NCBI GenBank assembly: GCA_964247055.1 | Contig: OZ176055.1 | Location: forward strand, 2,976,001 to 3,040,000 | Source: Paragordius varius | Taxonomy: Eukaryota > Animalia > Nematomorpha | DNA: 64,000 bases | Direction of reading: 5' to 3' | Shown: piece by piece, positions 26,188 to 39,189 of the stretch | How the letters are laid out: every line of letters starts with the position of its first letter | How positions within the stretch are numbered: position 1 is the stretch's first letter | Notes under the pieces: model-generated | Seen by the model: only the letters and a program-made list of their open reading frames with translations | What the model was told of the DNA's origin: nothing | Database searches by the model: none | Position numbers and translations under genes: made by a program

Positions 26188-29100
26188 CATGGCCTAGGAG
26201 ACAATAAAAGAGGGCATAATTTGCATTGATAGATATGACTTGTTTGAGATAGGCTTCGGCTTTTGGGTAATTTTCCTCCTTCATGGAAACTAATGCAAGG
26301 CCAAACCTTATACAACAAAATGGTTTCATATTATATGATTTATTTTTTTGTGCTAATATTGAACTGAATCTCAAAAACCTTTTATTTTAAGAAAATTAAT
26401 TTATGAATTGATATAATTTGTATTATTCAAATTAAAATTATTTTATAAAATTATTTTTGCTGGTAACGGCCAAATTGGTTGCATTTCGTGAAAAAAATCA
26501 GTTTAACAGTTATTGAAGCACTTATAAATAGGTAAACCATTTATATATAATTTATAGGATTTACCTTGAATAGCGTATAATAAATAATGAAAATTTCCTC
26601 ATAATTTATCCAAAAAATAATAAAATAATTATCCAATGTTCATAATATATTTAATAAAAAACCAGAACAGAAGTAAGAAATATACCATGCATTGTAATGC
26701 ATCGGAGCTAATTTAATAGCATTGTGAAAAGTGACCTGGGCTAATTCCAAATTTTCCATCATTATATATTCGTGTCCAAGAATGGTGTAGGCGTATGGCA
26801 TTTCTGGATTTATCTGTATTCATTCACCAATTAAATAAAAATATATGTTAGCATTTTTAAACTCTCAAATAAACTTTGAATAAACATAAGCAGAAAAGTA
26901 AAATAAAAAATAGTTTCTAATTTCATATTTTAATTTTGTCTCTTTGTTTTGTTTTAACCAAAAAATTAACATAATCTATATAGATAAGTTATAAAAAGAT
27001 AGAAATAAAGTAATGTTTGATATCCGAGTAAATAATAAATAAAGTAAACATTTTATTCAAAGAATAATTAAGTTTTTTTCTTAATGTGACACTATATATG
27101 ATTATATTCACAGTGTCCATAAAAAATTAACCTCATGAAATATATATATTTTGATAGGAAAATGTATCACGCACGATTATCATGGTGCTTTTGGTTTTGC
27201 CCCTTACGCGTAATATAAGAGAGTTATTTACACTTTTGTGGTAATTCCTCTTTATAAGAACAGGGCAAAATTTGCGCATATTTTTTAAAATAAAATTTTA
27301 TGGTGAAAGCTACAGGTCTCATTCCAATAAATATCACACTAAAAAATATTATAAACTCCATATAAAAAGTAAAACAATATTTTCAAAAAAATTCTATTCT
27401 TAGATGTGGGCTTCGAAAGTCCCATTTCATTTCTCTTATCCAAAATGGCCTAGTTCTTTTAAAAAAACGCAGGGATTACGCAATAAAAATCAATATATGC
27501 TAAGTTTTAATAACAACTAAAAATATTCTATATAAAATGTAATTTTTTCTCAAAAATTTAATTTTTTGCAAAATTTGGTTAAAGCATACTTCATATTTGA
27601 ACCATGAAACGGTATTAAACGCTTCAAAATTTCATAAAAAGACTTTTTCCATAAAATTCGGTGATGGAATACACTTTTAAATAAAATTCTGAAGCGATAA
27701 AAATGCTCAACATCATCAAATTATATAGAAAACGTGTTTTTATAATAAAAGCGTTTTTAAACCGTTTCCATCATGACTAAAAATAGTATGAAACCATATT
27801 GCTATAAATTAAATGTTTGAAAAAAGTATACATATTTTAAATATTTTTATTAGATGCCAAAATCTAGCATATATTTATAATTTTATCGGGCAATCCCTAC
27901 ATTTTTGCCTTTATTTTAAAAAAACTATCCAATTTTGGAAAAGCTAAAATTGGGACATTCGGAGCCCACATCTTGGAATTGAGAAATTTTTGAAATTATT
28001 TTGCTTTTATATGTAGTTTATGATATATTATAGTAATATTTTTTGGATGAAGCCTCTAGCTTTCACAAAAAAAATTTATTTAAAAAAATGTGTGCAAATT
28101 TTGCCATATTGGATATGAAGCACTTACCATAAAATTGTAAATAACTTTCTATAACACTCGTAAGGCCAAAACCAAAAGCAGAATGATAATCCTGATACAT
28201 TTTCCTATCCGAATATTTATATTTCATCAGGATTTTTTTTATATCTCTTGATTTTGGACGCACTGTATATACCAGGGGTGGCCAACGAGGTGACCGCGGT
28301 CACTTTCGTGACCGCGACAACTCAAAAAGTGACCGCCTGAAAATATTTTTTTTTAAAAAAATTTATTGATTTTTTTCGGATAGTTGGCTACTTCTGAGCG
28401 AATTTAAATTTAAAATACAAAAAAATACGGTTTAAATTAAAAAAAAAACGTCTAAGAAAAGGGTGTAAAAAAATTATTTTATTAATTATAATTCATATGT
28501 TTTGGAGCATTTGCATTAAAACTTAAAATCAGTCATTTCCCTTGAATATATCAAAACTTTGAGCAAAGCTTATTCATAAATCAGAAGCATAATCGTGAAG
28601 TTAGATTTGATTTGATACACCAAAAGTAGGTTTTTAAAACTTATATTTTAGAATGAGCCAAAAAAAGTTGTACAGATACAAGAAAGATTGGGAGCATGAA
28701 TACTTTTTTATTATGATAAATGAAACATGCACCTGTCTAATATGCAATAGTACTGTTGCTTTGCCAAAAAAGTCAAAGATTGAAAGACATTATAGATCTC
28801 TGCATCCACATTACTCCAAAAACTACCCCTTACAAACTCAAGAACGCAACATTAAAGTAAAGGAATTAAAAGAACAATTATCCGCCTCACAAAATAGCAT
28901 ACTTAAATACAACAAAGACTATAAAAATGCTACGATTGCTTCATTCAAGGTAGCGGAAATACTCATTCGGAACAATATGCCATTCCAAGATGGTGAAATA
29001 TTTAAAGAAGCCTTTATTAGCGCTTGTGATATTTTATTTGAAAATTTTGATAACAAAAATAATATTATGACAGCTATTAAAAGCATAAGCTTATCGAGAA

Positions 29101-32100
29101 ATACCGTTATGCGCAGGGCTGAAGATATTAGTAATAATCTTGATGAAATTTTACATGAAAATATTAATAACTGTATTTTTTTCCTTGCAACTCGATGAGT
29201 CGACCGATTATGTTGGAATCGCCCAATTATGCATTTTTATTCGTATGATATTTAGTGATTTATCTGCAAAGGAGGAATTATTAACTATAATACCTCTCCA
29301 CGAACGAACCAGAGGGCAGGATATTTTTGATTCTTTTTATAAATTTATCACAGATACGAAACTTCCCATCGTAAAACTCGCATCTATAACTACTGATGGA
29401 GCTCCAGCTATGATTGGCGTTAACAACGGCTTTATCGCTTTATGTAAAAATCACAGTGCATTTCCCAAGTTCATTGATTACCATTGTATAATCCATAATC
29501 AAGTTTTATGTTCAAAAGTTTTAAAATACCATCATGTAATGAACCCCTGTTTTAAAATTGTTAACGCCATTCGAACAAAAAGCTTATCCCGCCGCCAATT
29601 TCGAATTTTGTTAAATGAGTGCGGCGTGGAATATGGAGAACTTTTATTACATACTGATGTAAGGTGGTTGAGTCGTGCCGCATTTTTAATTAGATTTAGG
29701 CAACTTTTACCACAAATAGAAATTTTTTTAGAGAATCTAAATTTTCATACCCTGAATTGAAAGATCAAGATTGGCTGCTTGATCTTGCATTTTTATGCGA
29801 TATCACGGAAAAATTGCATAAATTAAACATCCAATTACAAGGAAAAGATAAAACAATAATGGATATGATGGGTGCTTTAAAATATTTTAAGGAAACACTA
29901 ACAGTAGTAGAAACACAATTAAAAAACCGAGATTTAAAACATTTTTTCTGGCAGCGGTGTCTGAAAAAATAGAGAATCTCTCTTTTGAAAAATATGCAGA
30001 TGATATTGGTCTGCTTATTAATGATTTTGAAAAACGATTTTCATCTATAAATAAACTTGAAGACATCGCTATTTTTATATCATGCCCATTTAATAATAAT
30101 AATAATGTTGAATATATTGCTCAAAAACTCAGCCACTTTCTTGGTGTACCAAATTTAGCAGAGTTGGAAGAGGAATTAATAAATGTTAAATGCGATATCC
30201 ATCTAAAATCATTAGGATCAGATATATATAAATTTATAAATAAAGATAAATACCCCCATATTTGGAAAACAGCTGCATTATTCAATTCTTTTTGGATCCA
30301 CATATTTATGTGAATCGGCTTTTTCAATTATGAATGCTATCAAAACTAAACAGAGGTCACAATTAACTAATAAACATTTAGAATCATGTTTGAGAATTGC
30401 TTTGACTTCATTTGAACCTAATTTAGATAAACTTTCTGAATTTTTTCGCAGTCGGGCGTTTTAAATATTTTTTTCTTTATTAAATATGGATGTTTATCGA
30501 GTTGTATTTTCGCTTAGGAAAAAGCCGATTTACTAAAAAATATGTGGATAGAATTAAAACTGATACAATTTTAATGTACTCTTATTTATGTTCAAATTAT
30601 GGTTCTAAATTGGAATGCTATTTTTTATTTCTTTTATTTTTTGTATCATAATGTATTCTCCCCTGTAATTTCAAATGCATTGTTTAAATTTTTATATTGT
30701 AAAATTTCATATATACCATTTACACTTCAAGAGTGTCCTTGAACAATTCAAGTTGGTCCTTGAACAATTCAAGTTGGTCCTTGAACAATTCAAGTTGGTC
30801 CTGGAACAGTTCAAGTTGGTCCTTGAACAATTCAAGTTGGTCCTTGAACAATTCAAGTTGGTCCTTGAACAATTCAAGTTGGTCCTTTAACTTTTTTGTT
30901 TTGTTTTTAACTTTTATCAATCAAATCGAAAATAATTCGTCTATTTTATTGTTTTTAACCTTTTTTCTATTATTTAACATAAATTTTACATCGATATCAA
31001 CTTTTAATCTTTGAAAAACCGTATATCTTTATTAATTTCTTAAAATAAATTTAAATATTTATAAGATTTTAACACGAAATGAAAAAATATATAAGTTTTC
31101 TGGGTTATTAATTAAAATTTTTCATTAAAAACATTTAAAAGTCAATAATTTTGTTCAATTGAAAAAAAAATAGTTTAAAACAAAAAAAGTGGTGTTTCAA
31201 TAAAAAAATTTATTTTTAAATAAATAAATATATAATAAATAAAGAAAATTAGGTTAATAAATAATTAAATAAAAAAATAAATGCAAAAATTATGGTTAAA
31301 TCAAAATTTATAAATTTTAAGGACCAACTTGAACTGTTCAAGGACCAACTTGAATCGTTCAAGGACCAACTTGAATTGTTCAAGGACCAACTTGAATTGT
31401 TCAAGGACCAACTTGAATTGTTCAAGGACCAACTTGAACTGTTCAAGGACCAACTTGAATTGTTCAAGGACCAACTTGAATTGTTCAAGGACACTCTTGA
31501 AGTGTAAATGGTATAATAGAAATTTAATAAATAAATATTTTGAAGTGTTTTATGTTGGTTAAAAAATTAAGGTAGTTAATAACCCGTTGTCTTTTAATTA
31601 AAATTATTTTTGTATTTGGTTGATAGATAAAAAAATTACAATTTTAAAATGGTTTAAACAAGTCACTCTAATCTGTAAAGCAGGTATATACATCATTTAA
31701 AGTGTTGATTGAGTTTTTTTGATAAATATTTCTGGGTGACCGCGAACTCTTTTTTTAACAAAAAAGCCAAAAAAAAAGCTCGCGACAAAAAAAAGTGTGG
31801 CCACCCCTGGTATATACCATAAAAATAAGCCGAGTATATATTTTAAATGTATGTTATACCATTTAAAGTTCAAATTCACCCTTGAACAATTCAAATTCAC
31901 CCTCAAACAATTCAAATTCACCCTTGAACAATTCAAATTCACCCTCGAACAATTCAAATTCACCTTAAAAATAAATTATGTGTTTTCGAACTAATATAAC
32001 TCATTATTAATATAAAATATATCTTTATGGCATAATTAATTATTTTTTTCAGTATTATTTTATTTAAAACAAAACTTTATTTTTAAAAATATATTAAAAT

Positions 32101-35100
32101 ATAGTTAATCTTAAAAAACATGTTATTTATTTGAGGGTGAATTTGAATTGTTCAAGGGTGAGTTGTTTAAGGGTGAATTTGAATTGTTTAAGGATGAATT
32201 TGAACTGTAAATGGTATATCTCGATTTAGCAACACAATTATAAATAATCAACTAATTTTAAAACCTCAATACAATATATATTTTTCCAAAAAACCCCAAA
32301 ATCATATATGATAAAAAAAAGACTTGAATAGCTCTTTTTAAAGCTAAAACAGCATTTTCCGCATCGCCAGATAGAGTTGAACAATTCCCAGCCACGCACC
32401 ATGTTATAGATTGGCTCCTATGTTCGCTCGTTAAATGCAAAGCTAAAGTGGAAAGTTCATAGGCGTTTTTAGTGTGCCATAAACATGTACTGTAGTATTC
32501 TAAGCCATTAAGGTAATGTGGATATTTTTCATGTAATTTACCATACATTTCACAAGCCTATATGTTAATGTTATGGATTATAAAACGAAAATATGATAAA
32601 CAGCAGCCATATTATTGGTTAAATGGGTTGTCTTTTAAGGTAAAAAATGAAATTTATATTGATAAAACGTAAATTCGTAAGTCTATTTTGCAATATAACA
32701 CTATCGTTTTGAAGAGCGGAACATGGAATAGATATGATACATAAATTAGTAAAATTCTCATTTATACATTTCACAATTGAAGCCATTTAATCCATGCGTC
32801 AAATTAATCAAGGATGGCTGTCTATCTTTTTAAAAAAAAATCGTTTTACATTAATCTGTATAATTTTAATGCATACTGTATTTTAAATGGCTATAAGGGT
32901 ATTTAATTAACATGTCAGGTGAGATTTTTCGTTTATTGTATCTGCATTTTGGAAAATTGTGGAGAAACTAATAAAATGAAAATGTCATACATGGCAACAA
33001 ACATGCAGATTAAATACCGTTTTAGCCATTTAATATATAGATATGGCCTATTATAGTGCTCGTACTGTGATATAATAAATACGAATTTAGAAATTAATAA
33101 TACAGACAGCCAATATGGATCTTCTAATTGGTAAAAAAGAGAAAAAAAATATGCAAGCAGGTATTTTTTTAGTATAATTTGCTTATTATATATTTTCAAA
33201 TAAATTTTCTAAACATACATGACTGTAAGAGAATCGAACTAATAGTATGATGGATGTTAAATGTTCTATAAAAATGGTGATATTTAAACCAAGGGTTATA
33301 AACGACTCCCATGGGCTATATCAAACTTTATGTCATAAATTTAATGGATTAGAATTGAATAGCACATGGTTAGATAATATGTAATAAATAAATTATATAC
33401 GACCCTTGATAACTTTATAGTATTATCTAACATATTTTTTTAACCATGTGCTAATATTCATTTGTTTTTGCGTGTTAATCATTTATTGATCATTTATTAA
33501 TCTTAAACAAAAGTATCAAATTATAAAAAACCGATATATTGAGCGGAAATTTTATAGAGTTACCACGTAAATTTAAAGTTTGAAACAAACAGATATATTG
33601 AGTAGAAATGATTCGTTATCATAGTTGTGTTATAAAGCCGATTTCTTATGATTTAAGTAAAAACCTTTTTAAAATCCCGTTTTTCATAAAACAGTCGTCC
33701 ATAAAGGCTTAAAACGCAGGGTGAATTCATGTACTCGGCCGGTATCAATTCTATTTGTAGTAATGCTTCATCGATTTCATATAGGGTCAAATGATTATTA
33801 ATAATGCTAAGTCTATTCAAGAGTCCACACATTTCTCCTAAAAACACGCCAAAAAAATTAGTATAAAAACTTTACAAATTATTGTCATTGATTGATTTGT
33901 AAATTAAGAATAGCCAATAAAACTTATGAAGACCAATAATATTTTTATTACAATAATATCCATTACAATTAGTTACACTAAATAATCTTAAACATCACAA
34001 AAAATTGATAAAATTTTATTAAACCTAAAACTTACCTATGAGAGAACTAGTTTTGACTTGATTGAAATTGGTAATTTCATTCCAATTTCCCACAGCAATG
34101 GAATTATTGGATTCAGTTTGACATTCTCGATCCATAGTTTGAACTTTGGATAACGATCGATTTGTTTTTGCCGTAATTAATGATGTTAATTTTTTGGGTT
34201 GAGTTTCAGGCTTAGTTTGTTGCGATAATTGTGTGTCTTGGTAATTTAATTTTTTGGCTATTAAGGGGAGCCGTGCTACTCCTTTCTTATTCGCGTGGTT
34301 ATTGAATTTATCTGATCATAAATATAAATTTTAAAAAGGTGTCAGTATTTAAAACTTTTTTAATTGTTTTAATAGCACTAAGTTTAAATAACAATGTTAG
34401 TTTGGGTTACTATTAAGGGGAGCCATGCTACTCCTTTCTTATTCGCGTGGTTATTGAATTTATCTGATAATAAATATAAAGTTTAAGAAAGGTGTCATTA
34501 TTTAAAACTTTTTTAATTAAGTGTTGGGTTAATAGCATTTAAATAAAATGTTAGTTTGGGTTATTTCAATTTAAATAACTAGCTTAATATTTACAAAGAT
34601 ATGTTAAAAAAGCAAAGCAAAAACAACCATTTCACATGGACATAATTTACTTTGCAAGCGTTGAGACCGTCTCTTATCAATTCCGACCATATTTTCTTTC
34701 AGAGGTGAACCACCAAAATAGAGTTGAGTTCGGATTGATGGGGTAACTTTTGTTTCGATATCGATATTGATATCATGTTTTGTTGGTAAATCAGGTGATT
34801 GGAAAAATGAATTAGTAGGTATTATTTGCATAGATGGGACGACACCATTATTGTCAAAATCTATGGCAGATTTTATTCTACGTTTATTTGGCACAATAAG
34901 AGGCGCAAATAGCATTCCATTTTCCCTAACTTTATCATTTGAATTATTCTGAGAAAACTGAGCATCTCTCATTGTACAACAGGAACCAGCAGGTGAAGTA
35001 AAATCATCGCTTTGAGTTTTGGAGGCGCTTTCCAACGCATTTGTTGGAAGGAAAAGAGCTTTCTTGATTTTAGGTGCGACAGCACATTTAAACCGCTTGG

Positions 35101-35899
35101 TATTTTTTGGGCAACAATTTTGTGTCACAGTGGGAATTATTTGTTTCCGTTTTAAAGGATGAAGAGGGTTGCATTTGTTAGATTCCTTATTTATATTTTC
35201 TTTATTATTGGAATTGTTAAGATTGGTGGAAGAATTGTCGGCTAAGTGATCACTGACCTTGGCAGATAAAGAGTTTGAAAGCATAGTTGATTGTTTTCCT
35301 TGCGATTGCAAAATACCTAAAGTCAATAACTCACAAGTTTCATCAGACCGATTATTTCTCATTTCCGATGCAATCAAATGAGCTTTCCAATTAAAAGCCT
35401 TATCACAACCATAACTGAGCATTAAACAAAGTTTTGCCATACTGTAATCGTTTTTCATATAATGCAAGGCTAAATAATTGAGAAGAATAGAGGGAGATAC
35501 ATACAAATAATGTTCATACTGGGATAAATTTGCATTGTGTTCATTAATATCATGTATTATTCTAATGCATTTTTCCGATGATGACATTTTCCCAAGAAAA
35601 AATATATTTTTAAGTGCCGCATCATTAGTTAATTTTAGATCTAAACTGATCTTTAACCGTAAGAGTTTGTTCGGATAATATAATAATAAGTGTGAAGATG
35701 CTGAATTCAAAATATTTAATGCCATTTTTAATTTGTTTTGTCTATAATATACTGTGGCGATCAAAAATAAGTTTTTTTCAGATGGGTTTTTAGCATACAA
35801 AAAGCTACTTAATAAATGAGCCGTTTCATATTCGTAAGAGTTTAAACAATTTATCACACATATATGTACCCTGGCTTCAGATTGCATCTGTTGCAGCAT
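24164..35899 (-). CDS. CDC27: Anaphase-promoting complex subunit 3 (CDC27), 9 exons, about 1102 aa
   Basis: Exons 35899-34651, 34311-34036, 33837-33665, 32557-32324, 26813-26686, 26306-26189, 25864-25661, 25298-25196 and 24987-24164, in phase (3309 nt). N-terminal CLNSYEYETAHLLSSFLYA..NLFLIATVYYR; TPR motifs GLEYYSTCLWH, TWCVAGNC, YAYTILGHEY and HYNAWFGL. Confidence 0.92.
27111..28265. mobile_element. 1.15-kb foldback element with CAGTG..CACTG ends (Tc1-like MITE), in CDC27 intron 4
   Basis: Left cagtgtccataaaaaattaacctcatgaaatat pairs with right atatttcatcagg..ggacgcactg-TA. Internal pairs include gatgtgggcttcgaa/ttcggagcccacatc. Related copies at 42460-46260 and about 38420-38480. Confidence 0.8.
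28273..31809 (+). mobile_element. Second Buster-type hAT transposon (3537 bp) in CDC27 intron 4; transposase frameshifted; carries a nested foldback
   Basis: Perfect palindromic TSD gtatatac (28265-28272 and 31810-31817) and perfect 12-bp TIR caggggtggcca. Transposase 28653 to about 30440 contains CLICN..H..H, SLQLDESTD, SITTDGAPAMIG, YHCIIH, VRWLSR and CESAFS. Confidence 0.95.
30712..31515. mobile_element. Foldback MITE with TATACCATTTAC ends and inverted arrays of a 21-bp unit (7 left, 8 right)
   Basis: (ccttgaacaattcaagttggt)x7 at 30737-30883 and its reverse complement x8 at about 31317-31490. Termini tataccatttacacttcaagagtgtcc / ggacactcttgaagtgtaaatggtata. Confidence 0.9.
31855..32218. 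mobile_element. Related smaller foldback MITE with TATACCATTTA ends and 21-bp unit cccttgaacaattcaaattca
   Basis: Left tataccatttaaagttcaaattcacc plus about 4 units; right degenerate units ending gaatttgaactgtaaatggtata. Confidence 0.85.
34259..34562 (-). repeat. 152-bp tandem duplication covering the CDC27 exon 2 splice acceptor and the first 53 nt of the exon
   Basis: tattaaggggagcc(g/a)tgctactcctttcttattcgcgtggttattgaatttatctgat starts at 34259 and 34411. Confidence 0.88.
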
Positions 35900-35989
35900 T
35901 TGGAACCGAATAGAGAAACAGTCAAAGATTGTGTTTTAAATACACAAAAAAATAAATAAAATTTGATACAGCATGAGTAATATATATTG

Positions 35990-36134
35990 CTAAAAAAATT
36001 AATTATTGCCAAATAGTACATGCAGCAAAAAGAATTATTATTGGCCAATAATACTAAAATGTGAAAAAAACTATAAGCTAATAATACTGCTCTTTGCTTT
36101 ATATGCTATTTGGCAATAATTAATAACTTTTTAG
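35990..36134. repeat. About 45-bp-arm inverted repeat in the divergent intergenic region upstream of CDC27
   Basis: aattattgccaaatagtacatgcagcaaaaagaattattatt pairs imperfectly with aataatactgctctttgctttatatgctatttggcaataatt. Confidence 0.7.
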
Positions 36135-36233
36135 AGTATAATTACAAATACTGTAATATATTATCTTTTTGTTAGCTACTGCTTACTTAATAAAAACATT
36201 GGGAAAACTTGATGAAAAAGGTTTTAGAACAAT

Positions 36234-36490
36234 ATGACCCATATACGATCTAGAAAATGTTATTATTTATTGGCTGGAGGTTTTTTATTATTATTTGCCA
36301 TTTCATTTAAAATCTTTTCTGCTCTGCATCAATTCCGCAAAAGCTCAAATTCATATAAATTTGGGAAAAGTTTAAAGCCAATTTATAGCGCTATCGTGGA
36401 TGTTTGTGTGGCCTCTATATCCATAACAGGATTATTACTTTTAATATTTGGCGTCTGTACACCTGATAATGGTTCAACGAGTAAAGAGGT
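36234..36490 (+). CDS. Probable first exon of a membrane-protein gene (two hydrophobic segments), divergent from CDC27
   Basis: The ATG-initiated ORF has YLLAGGFLLLFAISF and VCVASISITGLLLLIFGV segments and a gag|gtaata donor near 36490. Downstream exons are unresolved. Confidence 0.35.
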
Positions 36491-37662
36491 AATATGGTTA
36501 ATTAATTTTTTTAATGAGAATAGCTTTGTAATCTAAAATTTGGATATCTCTTAATTTTTAAAATCAGTTGATAAAACATAAAAACTAACAAAAAATTTTA
36601 TAGAACAGATTACACTGCGAACAACAAGGGGTATAAAAACAATCTGAATAAATTTATATATTGTAGCTTTCAGAATTTTCAGTGCTTTTGGTTTTAACTC
36701 TTACGAGCGATATAAAAAGTTATTTGTAATTGCTCGATATCGTAAAATCGCAAAATTAGCGCATATTATGCTAGATAAAATTTATTGGTTAAACCTGAAA
36801 GCTTTATTCTGCAAAATATTTAAGTAATACAGAACCTACATATAAAAAAGCTACATTGTTAAATTTAGAATTTTAGATGTGAAGTCATTTTTTTGTCCGT
36901 CCAAAAGCGGCAAGTTTCTTAAAATAAACATGGTGCTTTTAATTTTGCGCCTTATGAGTCCTTAAAAATCGTTTGACATTTAAAATATAAACATTTGTGC
37001 TAACAGCTCCGTAGAAAAATCCAATATTACCGCAATTAAGAAAAAATGAAAATGTTTGTTTGGAGGCTTTACATAAATTAATTAATATATCCTCATAAAA
37101 TATTTTAGCCAAACATTTAAATTAAACTAACAAAAATTTGCCATAAGCTCCGAAAACGCAATCTTCGGGCTCCTCTAAGATGGTTTTCATGGCAAAAATC
37201 CCTGCGAAACCATTTTTATTATATACAATATATTATGACTTTAGAAAATAAAATAAAAAGTAAATAAATAAATTTTGATATTTTGTTGAAGCTACCTTAT
37301 GGTATGGGGGAAACGGTATAATGGTAAAGATAATATAAAAACACCTTAACTACATTCGATGATGTTGAAATATCTGCACATCCGAATTTTAATTATTAAT
37401 TTCGTTGATTTTTAAACCAAGGATAAAAATTGTGTTTTTTACAGCAAAACAAACTCGTCAGCATTATCAAATTACCTGTTAAGGTGCTTTCATTAAATAC
37501 TGGAAAGCGTTTTCCGTTTCCACCAAATAAATTCCATGAAGCACGCTCCAACAAAATTATGCCAAATTTTATTTTTTAGCAAATTATGCATTTTTTTCAA
37601 AAATATCTTTTTTGATGTTATTCTATATATAAATTTATCCGGTATCTCATTGCGATAATTAA

Positions 37663-38244
37663 CACTTCGATTCAAATTGGGGCATCTAAATACCCCAGGC
37701 TAAATTTTAATTAAAATTTTTAAAAAGCTACTGAAGGAAACGATCCCAATTTAAATTTATGCTTCTATCCTGATAAATATTATATAGATATGCCAGAATT
37801 TCTTGATAAAATTTTGTTTTGTAAAAAAAGTTCCATCTCAAACTACTTCGACGCCATTTTTATTTTACAAAAATTTTGCAAAATATCGTCTTCAATCAAT
37901 TTTAAGGGTAAAACTAAAGCTTATTTTTTATATAAATTACATCTAACATTGATAGAAATAGAAAAGGCGGTTTATTTTGTATTATTTTTTAATTTTACAA
38001 TTTGACATATGTCACGTTGACTAAATTTTTACCTTTAAGTTTTAGCTTAAAATAAGTGATATCAAGTATTTTTGAATAAAATTTTTTATATATTTTGGTT
38101 TATTAATGTTATATAAGTGCAAAATTTTGCCATGGTTTCGATTGCTTCCATACTTTTTAAAGTATTTGATTATAAACAGGCCTGGGGTATCCAACTACCC
38201 CAATTTGAATCGAAGGACTAAAATGAGTGTGTTGTATCCAAGTG
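37663..38244. mobile_element. piggyBac-like MITE with TTAA on both sides (left TIR internally deleted)
   Basis: TTAA at 37659-37662 then cacttcgattcaaattgggg; right end ccccaatttgaatcgaagg..gtatccaagtg then TTAA at 38245-38248. Confidence 0.75.
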
Positions 38245-39189
38245 TTAAGAAAACAAGCGGAAAAATTCAATTTGCGAATAAAATTTTAAATTTATTTGTT
38301 TTGCGTTTTATATAGTTAATAATATATTTTAGTGATATTTTATGGAATGAAGCAAAAAATATTTATTGTTAATTTTGACACATTTGGATATGAATCTATT
38401 GCAAGAAAGCTGGAATCGTCTTTCTTATATCATTTTTAAGCCCCGAAACCAAAAGCACAATGAGAATTCTGATATTTTTTAATTAGAATATATGTGCTTA
38501 CTTTAATGTTGGCCAGAAATAAAATAGCCCATGGTAAAAAACAAAAAATGGTTGAAATTAAACATTTTTTTCCTATCTTTCAACATTAAATATTTTATTT
38601 TGGACAAACTTTGTTTTATACCATACGCTTCTGTTTTACCAATTGAGCAACAATAATGTGAATTTAACGATAAAATAAATTAATATTCATCGGATATTTT
38701 GTTTATGCTCTGATTTTGGGTGTAAAAGTCTTAAGCCACATATGATTAATAATTTTTAAAAAATAACTTAAACTAATTTAAAACAGAATATTTTCGCATA
38801 AAATAATTATATTTACAAAAGCTAAAAAATATTTAAAAGTCACTGGATAATAAATACATAAATAATTCCAGATTTTTTAATATTAAATAGGTATATATAT
38901 ATATATATATTTTTCGTCAGAATGAAATGTGTTTAGAGTCCTACTTTTAATAATTGATAAAAAGGACTGTATACATGCCTACCTATAGACAAACACCTTA
39001 ATATTTTTAATAAAAGATTTTATATGATATAAAATAGATCGGGATAGATATAAATATTTCAATGATTATATATAATGTTTGGGTTAACTCAAGACATAGC
39101 AAAATCAATGCATAAAATTTGTCTATTTCCAGCCAATCATTATACTTCCTCCCCAGTTCAATAAAATATAGCTTATCAAAATATATTAG

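Noticed and set aside
8356-30440. hAT transposases as domesticated GTF2IRD2/ZBED-like host genes
   Set aside because: Both have TIRs, TSDs and several frameshifts, so they are transposon copies.
30712-31515. CRISPR-like array
   Set aside because: The 21-bp units are contiguous with no unique spacers, are inverted about a centre, and lie in a eukaryotic intron with no cas genes.
30675-31994. Heptad ORFs such as (VLEQFKL)n, (FKDQLEL)n and (SLNNSSW)n as coiled-coil proteins
   Set aside because: They are by-products of a 21-nt repeat that is open in several frames on both strands, with no splice or homology support.
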